64,000 nucleotides of DNA from Rhina ancylostomus (lineage: Eukaryota). The stretch covers positions 18,833,881 to 18,897,880 of the forward strand of contig JARFYF010000022.1 in the NCBI GenBank assembly GCA_030265395.1, in the 5' to 3' direction. The notes under the pieces are model-generated. The model saw only the letters and a list, made by a program, of their open reading frames with translations, ran no database searches and was not told the DNA's origin. Positions 1-14,709 of this stretch are shown one piece after another. The position numbers and the translations under genes are program-made. Each line of letters starts with the position of its first letter. Positions within the stretch are counted from its first letter, which is position 1.

Positions 1-1759
1 ATATTCCAAATGAGGCCTCACCAGTGCCCCATTCATCAGGTGCACCAGAACCAAGTATTTGCAAAATTATGTTTATTGCAAAAAATGTGAAACTACTTTA
101 GATAAGATCTGTCAATTCATATTTAATTTAAATCTAACTCAAGGGACCTGTTCATAACTACAACAAACCACACTTGGTAGAAGTATATTGGTTATAAATA
201 TAACAGGCTTATTCAGCAAGTCTGATCCACTACAAAAAAGCAATGCTTAAGAATGATGATAGTCACAGTCTGTCCCCCAAAACTTTGAAAGTTCACTGAA
301 TGACTCCAGCACAGGTCTCTTTTCCTTCTGCTGTATTGTTGACTGCAGATTCTCTTCCATCTCACACTATACACATTTTCCCCCTTGATCTTACTTTCCA
401 ACTGCAAATTTCCAGAGTGATCTTATCCCTCTTTCTTTCAGAAGTACATTTTAGACTTCATTGATTCCTTGCCTGGTTTTGTTTTGGCATTTTGAGGCAT
501 TCTTTATAATTGTTTTCTCTGTTACAGACCAAGGTATTCCCGGTTTCAATAGTGCCTGATTTTCTGTGAAACGTTTGAGCTGGGATTTAGTTTGCTGAAG
601 TTTTATTGGGAAGTACTTCACAATTTAGGACATGCATACTTAATTAAAAAAAATGCTGTACAGTGCAATCAGAAGGTTCATTTTAATTTAATTTTACTAA
701 TTTTTTTTAAAAAAAAGGTTAAATCTTGAAGCCATCATAACAGTTAGTCTATTTTCCAATAAGACCCCAGGAAGGAGAGTGAGAGTACAATGTGTAAATA
801 AAAACCTTGGATCTTGCGTCATCTGATCCTGCTAGAAAATCATTTCTCTTTATACTAACAAAATATTGAATACCTCTAACATCTTCAATGTTCTCTGCTC
901 TAAATAATATGACTCCCTTCAGTTTTCAGAAATAATTCATTTTAGAAACACTTAAGTTGCAGCCAAGATAAACAAGAAATTGATGAGGTACTTTAATGCA
1001 TTGTGGCAGGAAGAGGTATGTATGCAATTCTCTGTGTACAATAGTACATTGGGAAGAGGGGATGGGGGTGCAGTGGGAATAGAGCACAATTATGAATAAC
1101 ACTGCATAGAATAAGTCAGCATTTTTCAAGTGGGGATCTCTGGCAAAGACACAAAAGCCATATGAACTACTAAATTAACACACTGCTTACGAAATGTTTC
1201 TCCTCACCCCTTCCACTTCCCCCTTTTTATGGATTTGTTTTCCTCCACTTCCCTCTGCCCTTTATCTTGCTCAATTTTCCTTTGAGTCTACTCTTCTCAC
1301 ACATGCACTTGCCAGATCTGTACCACATCCAAGCTCACTGTCTCCAGTGCCCTTTCCCTTTATCAGTCTTTTGCTTTCTCTATCCCAGGTGTGTGGGGCT
1401 TTCTGAATGTGTCTAATTTTCTACTTCTCCATCATTTTCTCACTGAGGGCATCTTAGACAGAGTGGATGGATGTATTTCAGCATACCCTTTCTCCATCTC
1501 TATCCTTTTGTGCCTTCTGTGATTCCGATTTCACAATTGTTCTCTCTCCCCTCCCTCCTCCCTCTATTTCATGCTTATGCCTTGGCACTGAAGTTATTAT
1601 AAAGTTATAATAGGTGAAAATTTTGTAAGCAAGGAAATATGTACAAGCTGAGGGAGTGGGCAGGAATGTGGTAGAAGGAACATGGAGCAGCCCTGAGTTA
1701 TCCACTTTGGTACACATACCTTTAAATGGTTAAATTTATTAATCTGATGTTAAGAGAAA

Positions 1760-2070
1760 CCTGGGTAGTATGCTTGTACACAAAAGCCAACATGATAAAG
1801 CAGGAAATATGTACCGTTTGCCTGTTAGACGATTTAATAAAGAAGTCTTATTGCAAAGGTACAGAGCCTTGATGAGACCGCACATGGATTATTGTTTTGA
1901 TCTCCAAGAAAGGATGTACTTGCTATAGAGGCAATGCTGCAAAGACTCAACATGCTGGGTCCAGTGATGGCAGGATTACATTATGAGGAAAAACTAAGTA
2001 GGCTGGGACTGTATTTTCTAGATTTTGGAAGAGGGATCTCTTGCAACAAACAAAATTCAAGGGCTTACAG
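1760..2070 (+). mobile_element. Decayed CR1 LINE ORF2 3' fragment
   Basis: Similar to the CR1 3' segment at 56100-56330 (gccttgatgagaccgcacatggattattg; tatgaggaaaaactaagtaggctggg). Confidence 0.6.
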
Positions 2071-2493
2071 CTGATACTTCTCGCTTTGTTACAAATACCT
2101 TCCTTCAGGTTCCTGTTTAATTTTGTTAGCTATAGTGCAGTAGACTTTTATCCTAAAGAACAAAGGAAAAAGATGAGGCCATTCAGCCTTTTGAGTCTGC
2201 TTCAACATTCATTAAGATCACATCTCATTTACCTCAGCAACATTTATCTTGATCTCCTTTAATATCCAAAAATCCACAGAAGATATTTCCACTAGCTGAA
2301 GAATCTGAATCCAGTGGGTCAATTTCTGCATAAGGAGTAGGCTATATAGGTCTTTGAGTGAACAAGTTTCTTGTTCAATGCTGGGGAAGTTATGGATTTC
2401 TCTACACTGGAGAGCTGTATGAAACTTCGGCATCATGCACATAGCAGGAGTGTCTGTCCATCTGCACACAAAGGGTGTCTTTATGGAAGGGTG

Positions 2494-2533
2494 CAAACTG
2501 GCTTGGCAGGGCACAAACTGGCTTGGCAGGGCA
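2494..2533. repeat. Perfect 20-nt tandem duplication caaactggcttggcagggca x2
   Basis: Read directly from the sequence. Confidence 0.9.
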
Positions 2534-2599
2534 ATAGGAATGCAAGATGAGTGCGAAAAGGGAGAGAAGCAAAGCTGGATGTGGAAGTTACTAATGAAG

Positions 2600-4600
2600 A
2601 GAACAAGTATGAGAAATAAAGCCAGGTTACTAATAGGTTCAAACTACAGAATAAATGTTAAAAGTTCAATTTAAAAGCACTAATATAACAATAATTAATT
2701 TTTCAGAAATGCTGAAGTGGGTAGGATCCAACAGGTATTACAGAAACATGGCTACAGGGTGGCCAAAGTTTTTGGTGGAGGAGGGGGGTTTGGAAAACCC
2801 ATTTCAGGGTACTTGTCATTTAGGAAAGATGGGTAAAAGGAAAAGCTGCTAATGAGGAATGACACTAGTAGTTCTAAAGTCATGCATTTCAATCTGAAAT
2901 CACGTTTTCAATTTAAACAAAGGAAATTACAGAGGAGCAGGAAGGCTGTGGTGGATTGAGAAAAATTTTTAGGAGGTAAAACTAGACTGGCAATGGTTAG
3001 CATTAAAAGTAATTCATAATAAATTTACATTTCAAGAGCCAATACAACAAAAATGGCCCAAGGATCCAGTGCAAATGACTATATCAGTAAAGTGGTACTA
3101 TTAGCAACATTAATGAACATTAAATCAGTTAAATCCCAAGAATCCGATCATCTACATCCCAGAGTTAAAAAAAAAGAGGTGACCATGGAGAAGGTGGATG
3201 CTCTGGTTGTCATTTTCCAAAATTCTGGTGTTTGGAATGATTCCTGCAAATTGGAGTATCAGCTAATGTGACTCCATTATTTAAGGAGAGAAATCAGAAC
3301 TACTGACTTAGTTTGAAGAATTATAGATTCCTGAATTTTTCCAACTGATTAAGTATTTGAGAACAAAGCACTTAGAAAGTGATGGAACAGAATTAAGAAA
3401 GGGGTATCTTTGAAGATGTATGCAGTGCCAAAAAAAAATGCAAGGGCAACCAGTGGATGTGGTACATTTAGATTTTTAGAATGCTTTTTGACGAATGTCC
3501 CAGAGAGAAAGTTGATCAACAGATAAGCACATAGAATTGGGGTTAATATAGAAGCATAGATTCAATGCTGGTTAACAGATAGAAACTGAGTAGGAATGAA
3601 CAAGTTTCTCCTCAGGTTGGCAGGCTGTATCCAGTGCAGGAATTTGTGCTTTGGCCCTATTATTCACAATCTGTGTAAATGTTCTGGTTGAGGGAAACAA
3701 AATGTTCCTACTTAGTTTCTGGTCATCAGCAAACTTGGAATTGTTACGAGTGTGGTGATGAGGACAGAGGCTTTGAAGAAATAGACGTGAGTGGCAACAA
3801 CATGGCAGTTGGAGTGGTGTGGGAAAAAAAATGAGGGATCCACTTGTTGGTAAAATAAACAAATGTTGAGTTTTTTTTTAAAAAAGATGCAAGATTAGAA
3901 AATGTTCATGTCCAAAAGGGACCTAGGCATCCTTGTACATAAATCACCAACAGGTAACATGTAGTTGCAGCAGGCAATTAGAAAGGCTAATGGTAGATCG
4001 GCCTTCTTATTGAAAGTGCATTTGAATCAGTAAAGATATCTTACTAAAAGTATATTGGGCCTTGGTGACACCACACCTGGAGTACTGTATACAATTTTTG
4101 CCTCTTTTCCTGAAGGATACATGTACCATGGAAGAAGTGCAGCAAAATAAACACACTAGATTGGTTCCTGGGATGGCAGATCTGTTGTACACGAGGAGAG
4201 ATTGATGAGGCATTGTCCTAGAATTCAGAAGGTTGCAAGGCAACCTCATTGAAACACAGTTGATGCAAGAAGGAAAGTTCCTTTTAGCTGTGGTGTCTAG
4301 AACCAAGGGTCACCATCTCATAATAAGGGACCATTTAGGACTCACACAAGGAGGAATCTTTTCACTCAAATGGTGGCAAATCTCTAGAATTCTTTACCCT
4401 GGACTGCTTAGTGGCTCAGTCCTTCCAAAAAGACTGCTAGATATCTGGATATTGAAGAAATAAATGGATATGGGAGTAGAGCAGGAAAGTAGCATTGAGA
4501 TACAAGATCAGTCATAACATTGTTGTATGATCAGACAGGTTCGCGGGGTTAAATTCTACTATTTATACTATTCCTCCTATTATTTATGTTCTTATGTTTT
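2600..4600 (+). mobile_element. Highly decayed CR1 LINE (RT region to 3' tail)
   Basis: Remnant of the DVVYLDFxKAFDKVP motif at 3456-3500; ccttggtgacaccacacctggagtactgt (LVRPHLEYC-like) near 4060; tail ttatgttcttatgtt near 4590. Confidence 0.75.
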
Positions 4601-5465
4601 TATAATAATGCTTTTGCTGTCGTTGTGCCAAGCACTTATGATGGAAAGGGCTGTTAAAATCTGGAGGCATGTTTACATTGGAGGATAGTCAACCTGGAAT
4701 TGAACAATTAAACGCTAGTTTAAAGAAATGAATATGCTAATTACAAGGTGCACAATACTAAATTCCAAGGTCTCCATTTTGGATTTATGAACCTCCAAAA
4801 GAGGAAAATTAAATATCCATGTTTATGTGATTCTAATGATTCCTCTTGTAGCACACTTTGCTACAATAAGAGCACTCAAACAGTCTTCACTTTCTACTTA
4901 ATTCTTGGGGCTTCCACAGACCAAGTGCAAAATACAAAGATCCTTCAGAAATCAACATCCAAATATCATTAAAATTGTCCAGTGCAAGTCAGATACACAG
5001 AATAAAACATTAATCACATCTATAAAACAGAAACTTGATCTTTCAACTTAATGAACCTACCTGATTAATTTGAAGCAATAGTGATGGTGGTTTATACACA
5101 AATGGACATTATCAGCTCTTAGACTTGGAGAAAACAAGCCCAAGTACCCTGAAATTGAATCGCACCAGGTTTTTGGGAAAACAATAAGTAGAACCCAAAT
5201 GGATATAAATATTTCTCATTTATTATGTTTATATTAATGCTTCCCCAGTGTTCAGAGAAAAATGTTTTCCAATTGTAAAATTTCTCTGGTTATGATTTTT
5301 CCATGAATTTTATAAAATGTTAGACTTACACAGGACCCTAGCTATAAAAAGTACCAATTTAACAGCTACAACTATACACAAAAGTTATTGCTTTAACAGA
5401 TCTTTAAATTATAATACAGCTTAATTTGGTTAATATTGTAACACAGATTTTTGTTTTTAATTGTC

Positions 5466-5471
5466 TTTATT
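5466..5471 (-). terminator. Candidate distal polyadenylation signal AATAAA of the CKAP5 3' UTR
   Basis: Plus-strand tttatt; a U-run lies upstream on the minus strand; about 740 nt past the stop (the span includes an N gap). Confidence 0.5.
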
Positions 5472-5648
5472 TAAAAAAAACACAAATATTCATAACCTCA
5501 TGCCATGCTTCATGATTCCATAGAGAATCAACACATTTCAAATTGAATTGATCACAGGGAAGAAAAAGAAAAGCACAAAACAAGCAATAGTTAAACTTTC
5601 TAAAAGAACTAAACAGATCTAGTCAGATAACAGACTTCCTTCTCAATA

Positions 5649-5654
5649 TTTATT
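5649..5654 (-). terminator. Candidate proximal polyadenylation signal AATAAA
   Basis: Plus-strand tttatt, followed on the minus strand by GU/U-rich sequence (tctgttatctg...tctgtttagttctttt). Confidence 0.45.
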
Positions 5655-6209
5655 AGGCAGTGCTGCATTAGTCAAAACGAAAATACAGCCAGCATGGTCT
5701 GAAGTTACCTATTGGAGCCCCAGTTTTATTAGCCTGATGACAGGTGAAGCTTCAAATGGAGATATGAGCAATACACAGTAGCCAACAAGTTACTCTGATA
5801 CCACCCGGAACTTCTCCAGTTTGAAAGCAAGTAGAGAACATTAAAGATAACTGAAGTACAGTTTAACCGGTTTTACAAGAGTTAGTGTGAAAGTGTTCAC
5901 AAGGTCACCACAGTTCTTAATATCTGTTATTGCAGTCCAGAAGCCTATATACATAAATGAATTATGCCACAATACACAGTTATTCACTGTATTGTACATA
6001 AAGAAATTATTCATACTAGNNNNNNNNNNNNNNNNNNNNNNNNNNNNNNNNNNNNNNNNNNNNNNNNNNNNNNNNNNNNNNNNNNNNNNNNNNNNNNNNN
6101 NNNNNNNNNNNNNNNNNNNTATACATACTAGGTTAATAGGAGGCCAATAGCTATGAAGGGACCTTCTATTTCAACAGACTTCATCATTGCACCATTATTC
6201 ACAGGCTAT

Positions 6210-6512
<303 letters not shown>

Positions 6513-6934
6513 TTAAATTACATTTTTGATGGGAAGGGCATTGAAGATTATGCTTTAGGGTTTATAAAGTAAAATATCTGCACACATGGACTACATAAAT
6601 ATCCTTGTCTTAAAAGAAAGATGAGTAATGTTAAACTATTCAAATTCAACCATTTGTCATCAACCCACCCTTAATCGAAATGTTCAAGCCATTACCAGAT
6701 TACTCTTAAAGATCCATAAAGCTATATTTGTATACATACCATCTTGCTACAAACAATCAGTATGACAAATGTAGGTTGGGGTTTAGATAGCTGTTACATA
6801 ATAAAATTGCCTCGGGCTCAAACTGGACTTTTATCTCATTTAAATGAAATTGTTTAACTATTAAGGTACCTTAAAAGCCTTTTAAATGCAGAAACTTGAA
6901 TTAATTTTCTAAATAAAAACCGCTGTCTAAATCT

Positions 6935-7620
6935 GAATCATGCCAAGATCATGGGGAGAGTTTAAACTAGAATTGTTGGGGGGTGGGATCTGTACTGGAG
7001 AGGCTGGGGAAAAGGTGGCAGGTGCTCAGATAGAGGAGGCTAGGAGTAAGTACTGTAGGCAGGTGATAGCAAAGGGATGTGTTCAGATAGGCTTAAGATG
7101 TGTTTATTTTAATGCGAGGAGTANNNNNNNNNNNNNNNNNNNNNNNNNNNNNNNNNNNNNNNNNNNNNNNNNNNNNNNNNNNNNNNNNNNNNNNNNNNNN
7201 NNNNNNNNNNNNNNNNNNNNNNNGCTCGGTCTTTTTTCTTTGAAGAGACAGAGGATGAGAGGGGACCTAATAGACGTATATAAGATGGTGAGAGGTATTG
7301 ATCAGGTAGGTAGAGGCTTTTCCCCAGGGCTGAAATGGTGGCGACAAGAGTACATAGGTTTAAGGTGCTGGGGAGTAGATATAGAGGAGATGTCCGGGGA
7401 AAGTTTTTTTTTTACTCAGTGGTGAGTGCGTGGAATGGGCTGCCGGAAATGGTGGTGGAGGTGGATACAATAGGATCTTTCAAGAGACTGTTAGATAGGT
7501 ACATGGGAGTTAAGTAGAGGGCTATGGGTAAGCATAGTAATTTCCAGGATAGGGACATGTTTGGCACAGCTTTGTGGGCCGAAGGGCCTGAATTGTGCCG
7601 TAGTTTTTCTATGTTTCTAA
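6935..7620 (+). mobile_element. CR1 (HER1-like) LINE: ORF2 start (LRCVYFNARS), then a 100-N gap, then ORF2 end (LGLFSL..RMRGDLIDVYK; WNGLP..VVE) and 3' tail
   Basis: ORFs 6940..7425 and 7335..7517; tail gggccgaagggcctg...tctatgtttcta. Confidence 0.88.
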
Positions 7621-7799
7621 GACCAAGCTGCATAATTGAGAGAGGATTTTAAACTAAGGAGTGGGGGCAAAGTATCAAAGTTACAAAGATGTAGTAAAGC
7701 AAGGAGCAGGGAAAGACCAGAGAGAAAATGAAGATGTAAAAATGAAAAATGATAAGACCTTGACAGGAAAAGATAATGTACAAAACTAGCAATAAATCA

Positions 7800-9900
7800 G
7801 TAGTCAAGGCAAGAGGTTTCAAAAACCCAAGCTCTATTTCTAGATGCACTTTACATTTGAAACAAAGCAGATGAACCAGGAGCATAAACTGAAATAAGTG
7901 TGATCAGAGAGCCATTTCAGAGACATGGCTGCAAGATAAAGGTTGGCAACCTGAATTTTGGGGAGTACAGGACATTTAGGAAAGATAGAAAGGTTTCAGC
8001 GTAAAAGGAAAGCAGGATTTAGCAGTCTGGACAGAACAGAAAAAGGAAGAAATCATCAAGATGAAGTTATTTGTGGGAGTGATGCACAGGCACCATAACT
8101 ATAATCACACAGTAGGGCAGAGTATAAAAGGAATAAAGGGAGCTTGTCCGAAAAGGTACAGTGGTAATTGTGGTCGATTTTAACATGTCTGTTCACTAGC
8201 TCCATTTCCCAAACAAGGCAATATTGGCCCACTGAAAATTGTGTATCCAACTATTTAGATTTTCTCAGTTGCTCCAAAACATATTGGAACAATGAATTAC
8301 CTCTTTCTAACCCGAAATTCCTGCTAAAGCAATTTAATATTTTTTCATGCAGCTGGTACAGAGGATTGTTTTGATGGCACTTGCAAGATGTTCTGCATTT
8401 ACATTGGCTTAGCTTCCTGATCAAAGAATGCCAGAGATACAGGTTGAAGGAACAAATCCTCAAGGGAAAATAGAGTGGAAATTATGCCATTAAAATGGAA
8501 ACCTAGATTATGCCTGCCATAATATGAAGGTGAATTCACAAAAGAACATACGTGGATATCTTGCTAAATGCTTAGGATGATTTCTCAGTAACAAGTGTAC
8601 TAATTGAATCAATACCAAGAGGGAACACTGTAACATTACTAACAGCGCTGCTGTGCTGGGAATCTTGCACAAACTCCTGTAATGCAACAAGATCCCAGCA
8701 CTGCAGTTCACAGTGTAAGCAGATATCCTTTTTATTTTAAAAAGGTACAGTGGATGGAGGGGGCAGTGAAAGAACCTGGAGTGTCTGACTGGAGGACCAA
8801 GACCACTACAACAATAAGTTCTCTGCAGGGTTGTGCTAAGCTGAAACCAAACTGGGCGGTGGAAGCAGAAAATATAGGCTGGGACTGTTTCCAAGAACAG
8901 GACATTCTGGAGGCAATCTCATACTTAGAATGAGACAGCATTAATAACCTCCAAGACTAGTATTTTAAAACAAAGACAATTAAGTCATTCAAGCAAAGCT
9001 AACTAAAGTGAACTGGCAAATTACATTTAGCATTTATCACTTGAGATGCAGTGGCAGGCATTTAAGGATTTTCTGAATACATTGAATAAATGCATTCCAA
9101 CAGGGAGGAACATAGAAAAATAATCAGCCGTGTGCTGGAACTGAGTAAACTGTTAAAGCCAAGGCTGACCAGTCCCTAGACTCTAACATACTTCATTCTA
9201 GGTTGATGTGGCAAGTGAGGTTGTTGATTTTCCAAAATTTCCTAGATTTGGGGAAGTTCCATTAGATTGAAAAATAGCAAACATAACTCCTTTATTCAAA
9301 ATGACAAAGCAGGAAATGACTGGCCTGTTAGCTTTGATAGTCAGAGGGAAGATGTTAGAAACTATTAAATGTTTACTCGGACACTTAAGGTACATAGGAA
9401 TCAAGCAAAGTCAACATATTTTGTGAATAGAAAATTACCAATTCTTAATGTGAGAAAAGGAGAAATCCGTGGATATACTAAGATGTCCAAAAGGCATATG
9501 TAGGAAGGGTATGTAGAAAATATGTAGGGAAATAAATTGAGGATGAAGCTACAACAGGACACAGATTGGATATATCAACAGGTTATGATCTTGCAAACTG
9601 AGGATAACCCAGGAAAATAGAAGAAATATTACATACAGCATATTATCCAAACAGTAAGGGACTGTAGAGCTGGAGGATTGCAGAAAGATCTAGGTGTCCC
9701 ATTGAACAAGCTGGGAAAGGGTAATATGCAATTATTCTGATAGTAAGCAATCAGAAAAGGTAACAGTGTAATCACTTAATTGTTTAGGCAACTGAATACA
9801 ACAAAAATGGCCAAGGCTCATTTATATAGTTCTGATGACACCATAACTGCAGTATTCGTCTCCCAGTTAATGGAAGCATTTCAGAGCAAGTTCACAAGAC
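7800..9900 (+). mobile_element. Old, heavily decayed CR1-like LINE with internal insertions
   Basis: Endonuclease-start remnant near 7860-7980; W(K)IANITPLFK-like remnant at 9270-9300; later RT remnants. Confidence 0.55.
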
Positions 9901-10763
9901 CAGAGAATGCAAGAAACACAAGCAATAATTAGTCCAATCAGCCCTTTGAGCCTTCATCACTATTCATAAGATCAGGGCAGATCCAAATTTGGCCTCGTCA
10001 TTTTTGTGCTCTCCCATGTCCCTCAACTCCCTCGTAGTTCAAATATCTGTCAATCTCTTCTTTAACATTGTTCATGACTTGTCCTCCACAGCTGTCTGGG
10101 GTAGAAAATTCCAAACAATCCTCACAATATTCCTTCTCTTGCCCCATCCTAAATGGGCAACTTATTTAGAAAGTAAGCCTCCCCCCCCCTCCCCAGTTCT
10201 AAATAATTGGGAGAAATCGTCTTCTGAAGATCTGCCCTGGATTTAGCAGCTTCTGCCGATAAACAGTATGCATCTTTGAGTCCCACTCAAGATACACAAA
10301 ACACAGGAAATGCAGAGAAAATACAGATGGACAATAAGAGCAAAAACAAAACTCAAATACAAGTATTTTCCCTGATGCAGACAATGGCTATTTATACTGT
10401 AAAGTTCTATCCTTCTCAACTTGAGATCCATTAAAGGCAACCAAAATTGTATCACTAGTACATGACATGACCATCAACTGGGAATTGTGGAACTAAGAAA
10501 ACAGTAGATGATAATTTCAAAATACAAAAACTACACAATTTGAAAAAAATTACCATTTTACCAAGCACTGGTTTAACTTTAAAAATACTGGAATTATAGC
10601 AGATTATTTTATTTGGGTTTAAAAGGAGTAGAAAATAGTCCTAACAGCACCAATAATTCATCTGCAAAATCAAAAGATACTCAGGTAGTGACCTGAAATT
10701 TGTAAATATAGAATAATTTCAAAGGTTACGAAAGGATCTACAATCACAAAAATGAACACCTTA

Positions 10764-10964
<201 letters not shown>

Positions 10965-11394
10965 TCAAATCAACAATCAAAAACAAATCTACCTCACCAG
11001 TTTCTAATTTATGGGTTGGGAGGCACATTCACACCTTTCCCTTATCCCTCAAATACCAATGCATTTGGCAGACAAGACAACTGTGATACTGCTCTGTACA
11101 TTAATGCCTATTGCTAATTAAGAACCACTCCACTCCAGCCCCAGATGTATTTCAATGGCGACAGTTTTATATAAGTGCTTGAAATAGCAGATGCATGTTT
11201 AGGAAGCAGAGTGGCAACTTTAGATCTTGATTGATATTAGGCAGTGTATAACTTTTAATTAGGGATAAAGCAGATCTCAACTTCAGTCAGCAGATCAACT
11301 TCAGTCAGAAGGAAGAGAAGGAAACAGTGAGTGCAAGATTAATACATTGAATTGAAACAACTTTCTCTTACCATTGTTATTGGAACAAAAGCAA

Positions 11395-11665
11395 AATCAG
11401 AATTGAACAGCACAAAAAACAGGTCCTTTTGGCCCATGTCATTCATGAATGCTAATCCCATTTGCCTGCATCCCTTTATACCTTTCCAAGTATCAGTCTA
11501 AATGCCTTTAAATATTTTAATTGAGTCTGTCTCTAACTCCTCCTCCAGCAGCTTGTTCCAGATTACCACTACCTTCTGTATGGAAAAACTTACCTCCAAA
11601 ATCTTCTTTAAATTCCTTCCCCCAACCTTAAAGCTGAGTCCCACAGTTCTGGGGCCAAACATTTA
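11395..11665 (-). mobile_element. CR1 3' fragment
   Basis: Reverse complement of the CR1 tail (cagcacaaaaaacaggtccttttggccca; cagcttgttccagattaccactacc). Confidence 0.6.
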
Positions 11666-12150
11666 GGATCAAGATAATGACAAATTGCTTTACTCAAAAC
11701 AGTTTGAAAGCAGAGTTACAATTTTTGAATGCCAGAGAGAAACAAGGGATCTGGAGATGTTAAAAAATGACTCTGTTGAGGATCAAGCACAACGATTAAT
11801 GAATGGCAAACCATGCCTAATGTACCTTTATGTTTATTCCTGCTACATGCATCATTTTCTACATCTATCCCATAAACTGTATTGATAATTGCATTTAAAT
11901 ATCAAATGACTGACATGTGTACAAGGAAACAAACTGGTCTTTGCTTGATGTATAGTTTTATAGTTTATGAATTATGGTACACAAAAAGTAATAATTTCAA
12001 GCAGTAAACCATGAAATCAAAAAGAAAAATTTGATCAGCAACTCAAACAGCCCAACTCTGATTCAAGTTAATAAGCACCGGGTGACAAAATAATTCAAAG
12101 TGATCTAATAATTTCTTTTTCATTAAATGAAGAGCTTTAAATTGCATTTA

Positions 12151-12375
<225 letters not shown>

Positions 12376-12950
12376 TCATGTTGACAAAATGTGAGAGGTT
12401 ATGCTCCATGAGAACGGGAGGTTCAAGTGGTTCACAATTTACATAAACAAACTGGACTTGAGAATTAGAAAATACAACTCCAAAATTGGGAGCATATAAA
12501 TATAGTGTGTGACGAAGTACATTGATAAACTTGTACAAGTGTGAGACAGTACATTAGTCAGTTGAATGAGGCCACATGTACTTAGGAAAATAGAGTGGGA
12601 TGAAGGTACAAGGAGCTAATAACTCGCCAACCTGCCCAAAATCCACTGTATTGCCAGGTACATACTCATGACAAGATAGCAGAAAGATTCAGTAAGAAAA
12701 CTTTTGTTTATCACTCCTCACTGCAGTATCTGGGAATAAAGCACTGCCTAGGAATAGGAACTGATACTTCAAAAATCACTTCCTTGAATAGTACAATATC
12801 TAAAAAAAACATTAGTCTTTCGCACATATTTGCACTGAAATATTTCAGCAGTATCAATGATTTTTCATAATTTAGTCAGCACCAAGTGAAGGGCAACTAA
12901 AAACATTAAATAATTTACCTTCAACTATTCAAAAACAAATCCAAACATAC

Positions 12951-13034
12951 CTCCCTTGTGTTTTCCTTGGATCCAATCTTCTTGAATATTTCTGCCAAAG
13001 TTTCACTTATTTTTGCTTTTGATTCTTTATCCTC
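12951..13034 (-). CDS. CKAP5: CKAP5 exon 41: EDKESKAKISETLAEIFKKIGSKENTRE
   Basis: Manual translation; tag acceptor, gtatgt donor; 84 nt. Confidence 0.95.
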
Positions 13035-14571
13035 CTAGAAGAAACAAATGAAATTACAACTATGACCAAAGAATACTCCATTTTAAAAGTCAAATTTTAA
13101 TTGCATGTTTACTCTCATTTAAGATTCAGTATTTGTGTATTTTACCACAAGAAATCAATGCTGTCAAGATACAATGGATTCCAAGAATATTCCTTTATTT
13201 ATAGTTATTTGGTATTAGTTTAAATCAAAGTTTAAAAAAGTGGAATTGCTATTAATATATAGCAGTTAAACTTCTGAACAATTCACTGTTGATCAATTCC
13301 ATTTATCGATGTGCAGAAAATAAAAAGGGCCATGTCACATAAGTACACAATTATTGTTCCCTGTTGGGGATTATATTCTACAAATTAGTTCCTTATTCTC
13401 ATAGTAACTTTGTCATATTAGGGATTTATAGATTTCCTTTTTCAGTGTATTGCGTCCTTTTGATCAGACAAGTTTCCCTCACTTTGCAGAAGCCTCATTC
13501 TGTATTGATTTGATTTACATTTCAGAAAGGGCACCATATGGAAGAGCAGCAACATTCAACTATGGTTTGCTGCAACAATCACCACCTCATCCATTCTAAT
13601 GACTCATGAAAGGGTGCAGGGCTCATGGTCAGAGTTAGGGGGCTTGCCAGAGCACAGCCTATTCCACTAGTAACTCATCCAAGTGGCTAACCTTCAGATA
13701 AGATGGGCAGAAAACAATCTGGATTTGGGGTGGAGCAGAGGAATATGCAGTAAAAAGTTCTACAGAACCTCAATTTCATGGTACAAAATAAAAACTATTT
13801 AAGTTGCTAGTCCTATCAAAAGGACAAAGCTCTCTGGCCTGGACTCAAGCCTTGGCCTCCAACTGATTATGTCCCGTTAAAATCTACCTCAGAGTCTCAA
13901 AATACACTTTGAGATTTTTGGACCTGCAGAAAGTACAGGTCCACTAAGAGGTACTCTGCATTGTCATTAGAAATTAACCTGATCTTTTGTTACATTTAAT
14001 GAAGCAAGCATTTCCTTTTCTACAAACGAATTATTACACAGATCTGGTTTCAAAGTCTTGCAAGATTATGGCAAGACTTCCCTATTCTTACAATTCATTC
14101 TCTTTACTAAAGAGAATGTATAAAAGGGATAAAGATTGAACAAGCTAATCACGTCACTACCATTCAGTCAACAAATCTAAGCATCAGGCTAGCTTGGCAT
14201 TTTGTTTGTGCCCTCTTCCTGTGATTTCTGCAAATTGTCTCCCACTCAACTATGACTCCTACATGCTTAGTCACTTGCATTGCTGCAGTGAATCTCCAAT
14301 GAAATTCAACAACTATAAATTTAGTCCATCGATAAAATACTCGATAAACCTTCCAAACTCAATTCAACACCAATGGTCCAACTTTTCATACAGCAGCTAT
14401 GGGCAATAATTTTCAATACCACATAGGAAAGTTCCAATTCAATAAAGCTTTGGCATTCTTCCTGCAATGCAATATTCAAAAGCAGAATTAAATTTAACAG
14501 TCTAATAAACAGGGAAGATTCATAATAATGTATGTATAATTGTTTAGTTTTATCCTCAGTTTAATACGTAC

Positions 14572-14709
14572 TATTGTAGAACCACCCTTTTCAGTTTCCG
14601 AATCAGTCTTTCCACCTGACAATGCCATTGAATGTTTAGTGACACGCCGTAAGTGAGCCTCGAGCTCAGATTCATTCTTGTTCTCAATCAGGGTCAGATG
14701 ATCCATAAT
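14572..14709 (-). CDS. CKAP5: CKAP5 exon 40: IMDHLTLIENKNESELEAHLRRVTKHSM...EKGGSTI
   Basis: ORF 14494..14763; cag acceptor, gtacgt donor; 138 nt. Confidence 0.93.

Noticed and set aside
253-299. Plus-strand AUGAUGA ... CUGA
   Set aside because: The boxes span under 50 nt, which is too short for a C/D snoRNA, and no host gene is evident.
1360-1520. Pyrimidine tract plus CAG followed by a short open frame on the plus strand
   Set aside because: The translation resembles nothing I know, and the surrounding CT-rich low complexity explains the acceptor-like signal.
1-5400. Search for a convergent neighbouring gene (F2/prothrombin lies tail-to-tail with CKAP5 in human)
   Set aside because: No serine-protease motifs (for example GIVSWGEGC) were recognised. 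The region is mostly CR1 debris, and the short ORFs are unrecognisable.
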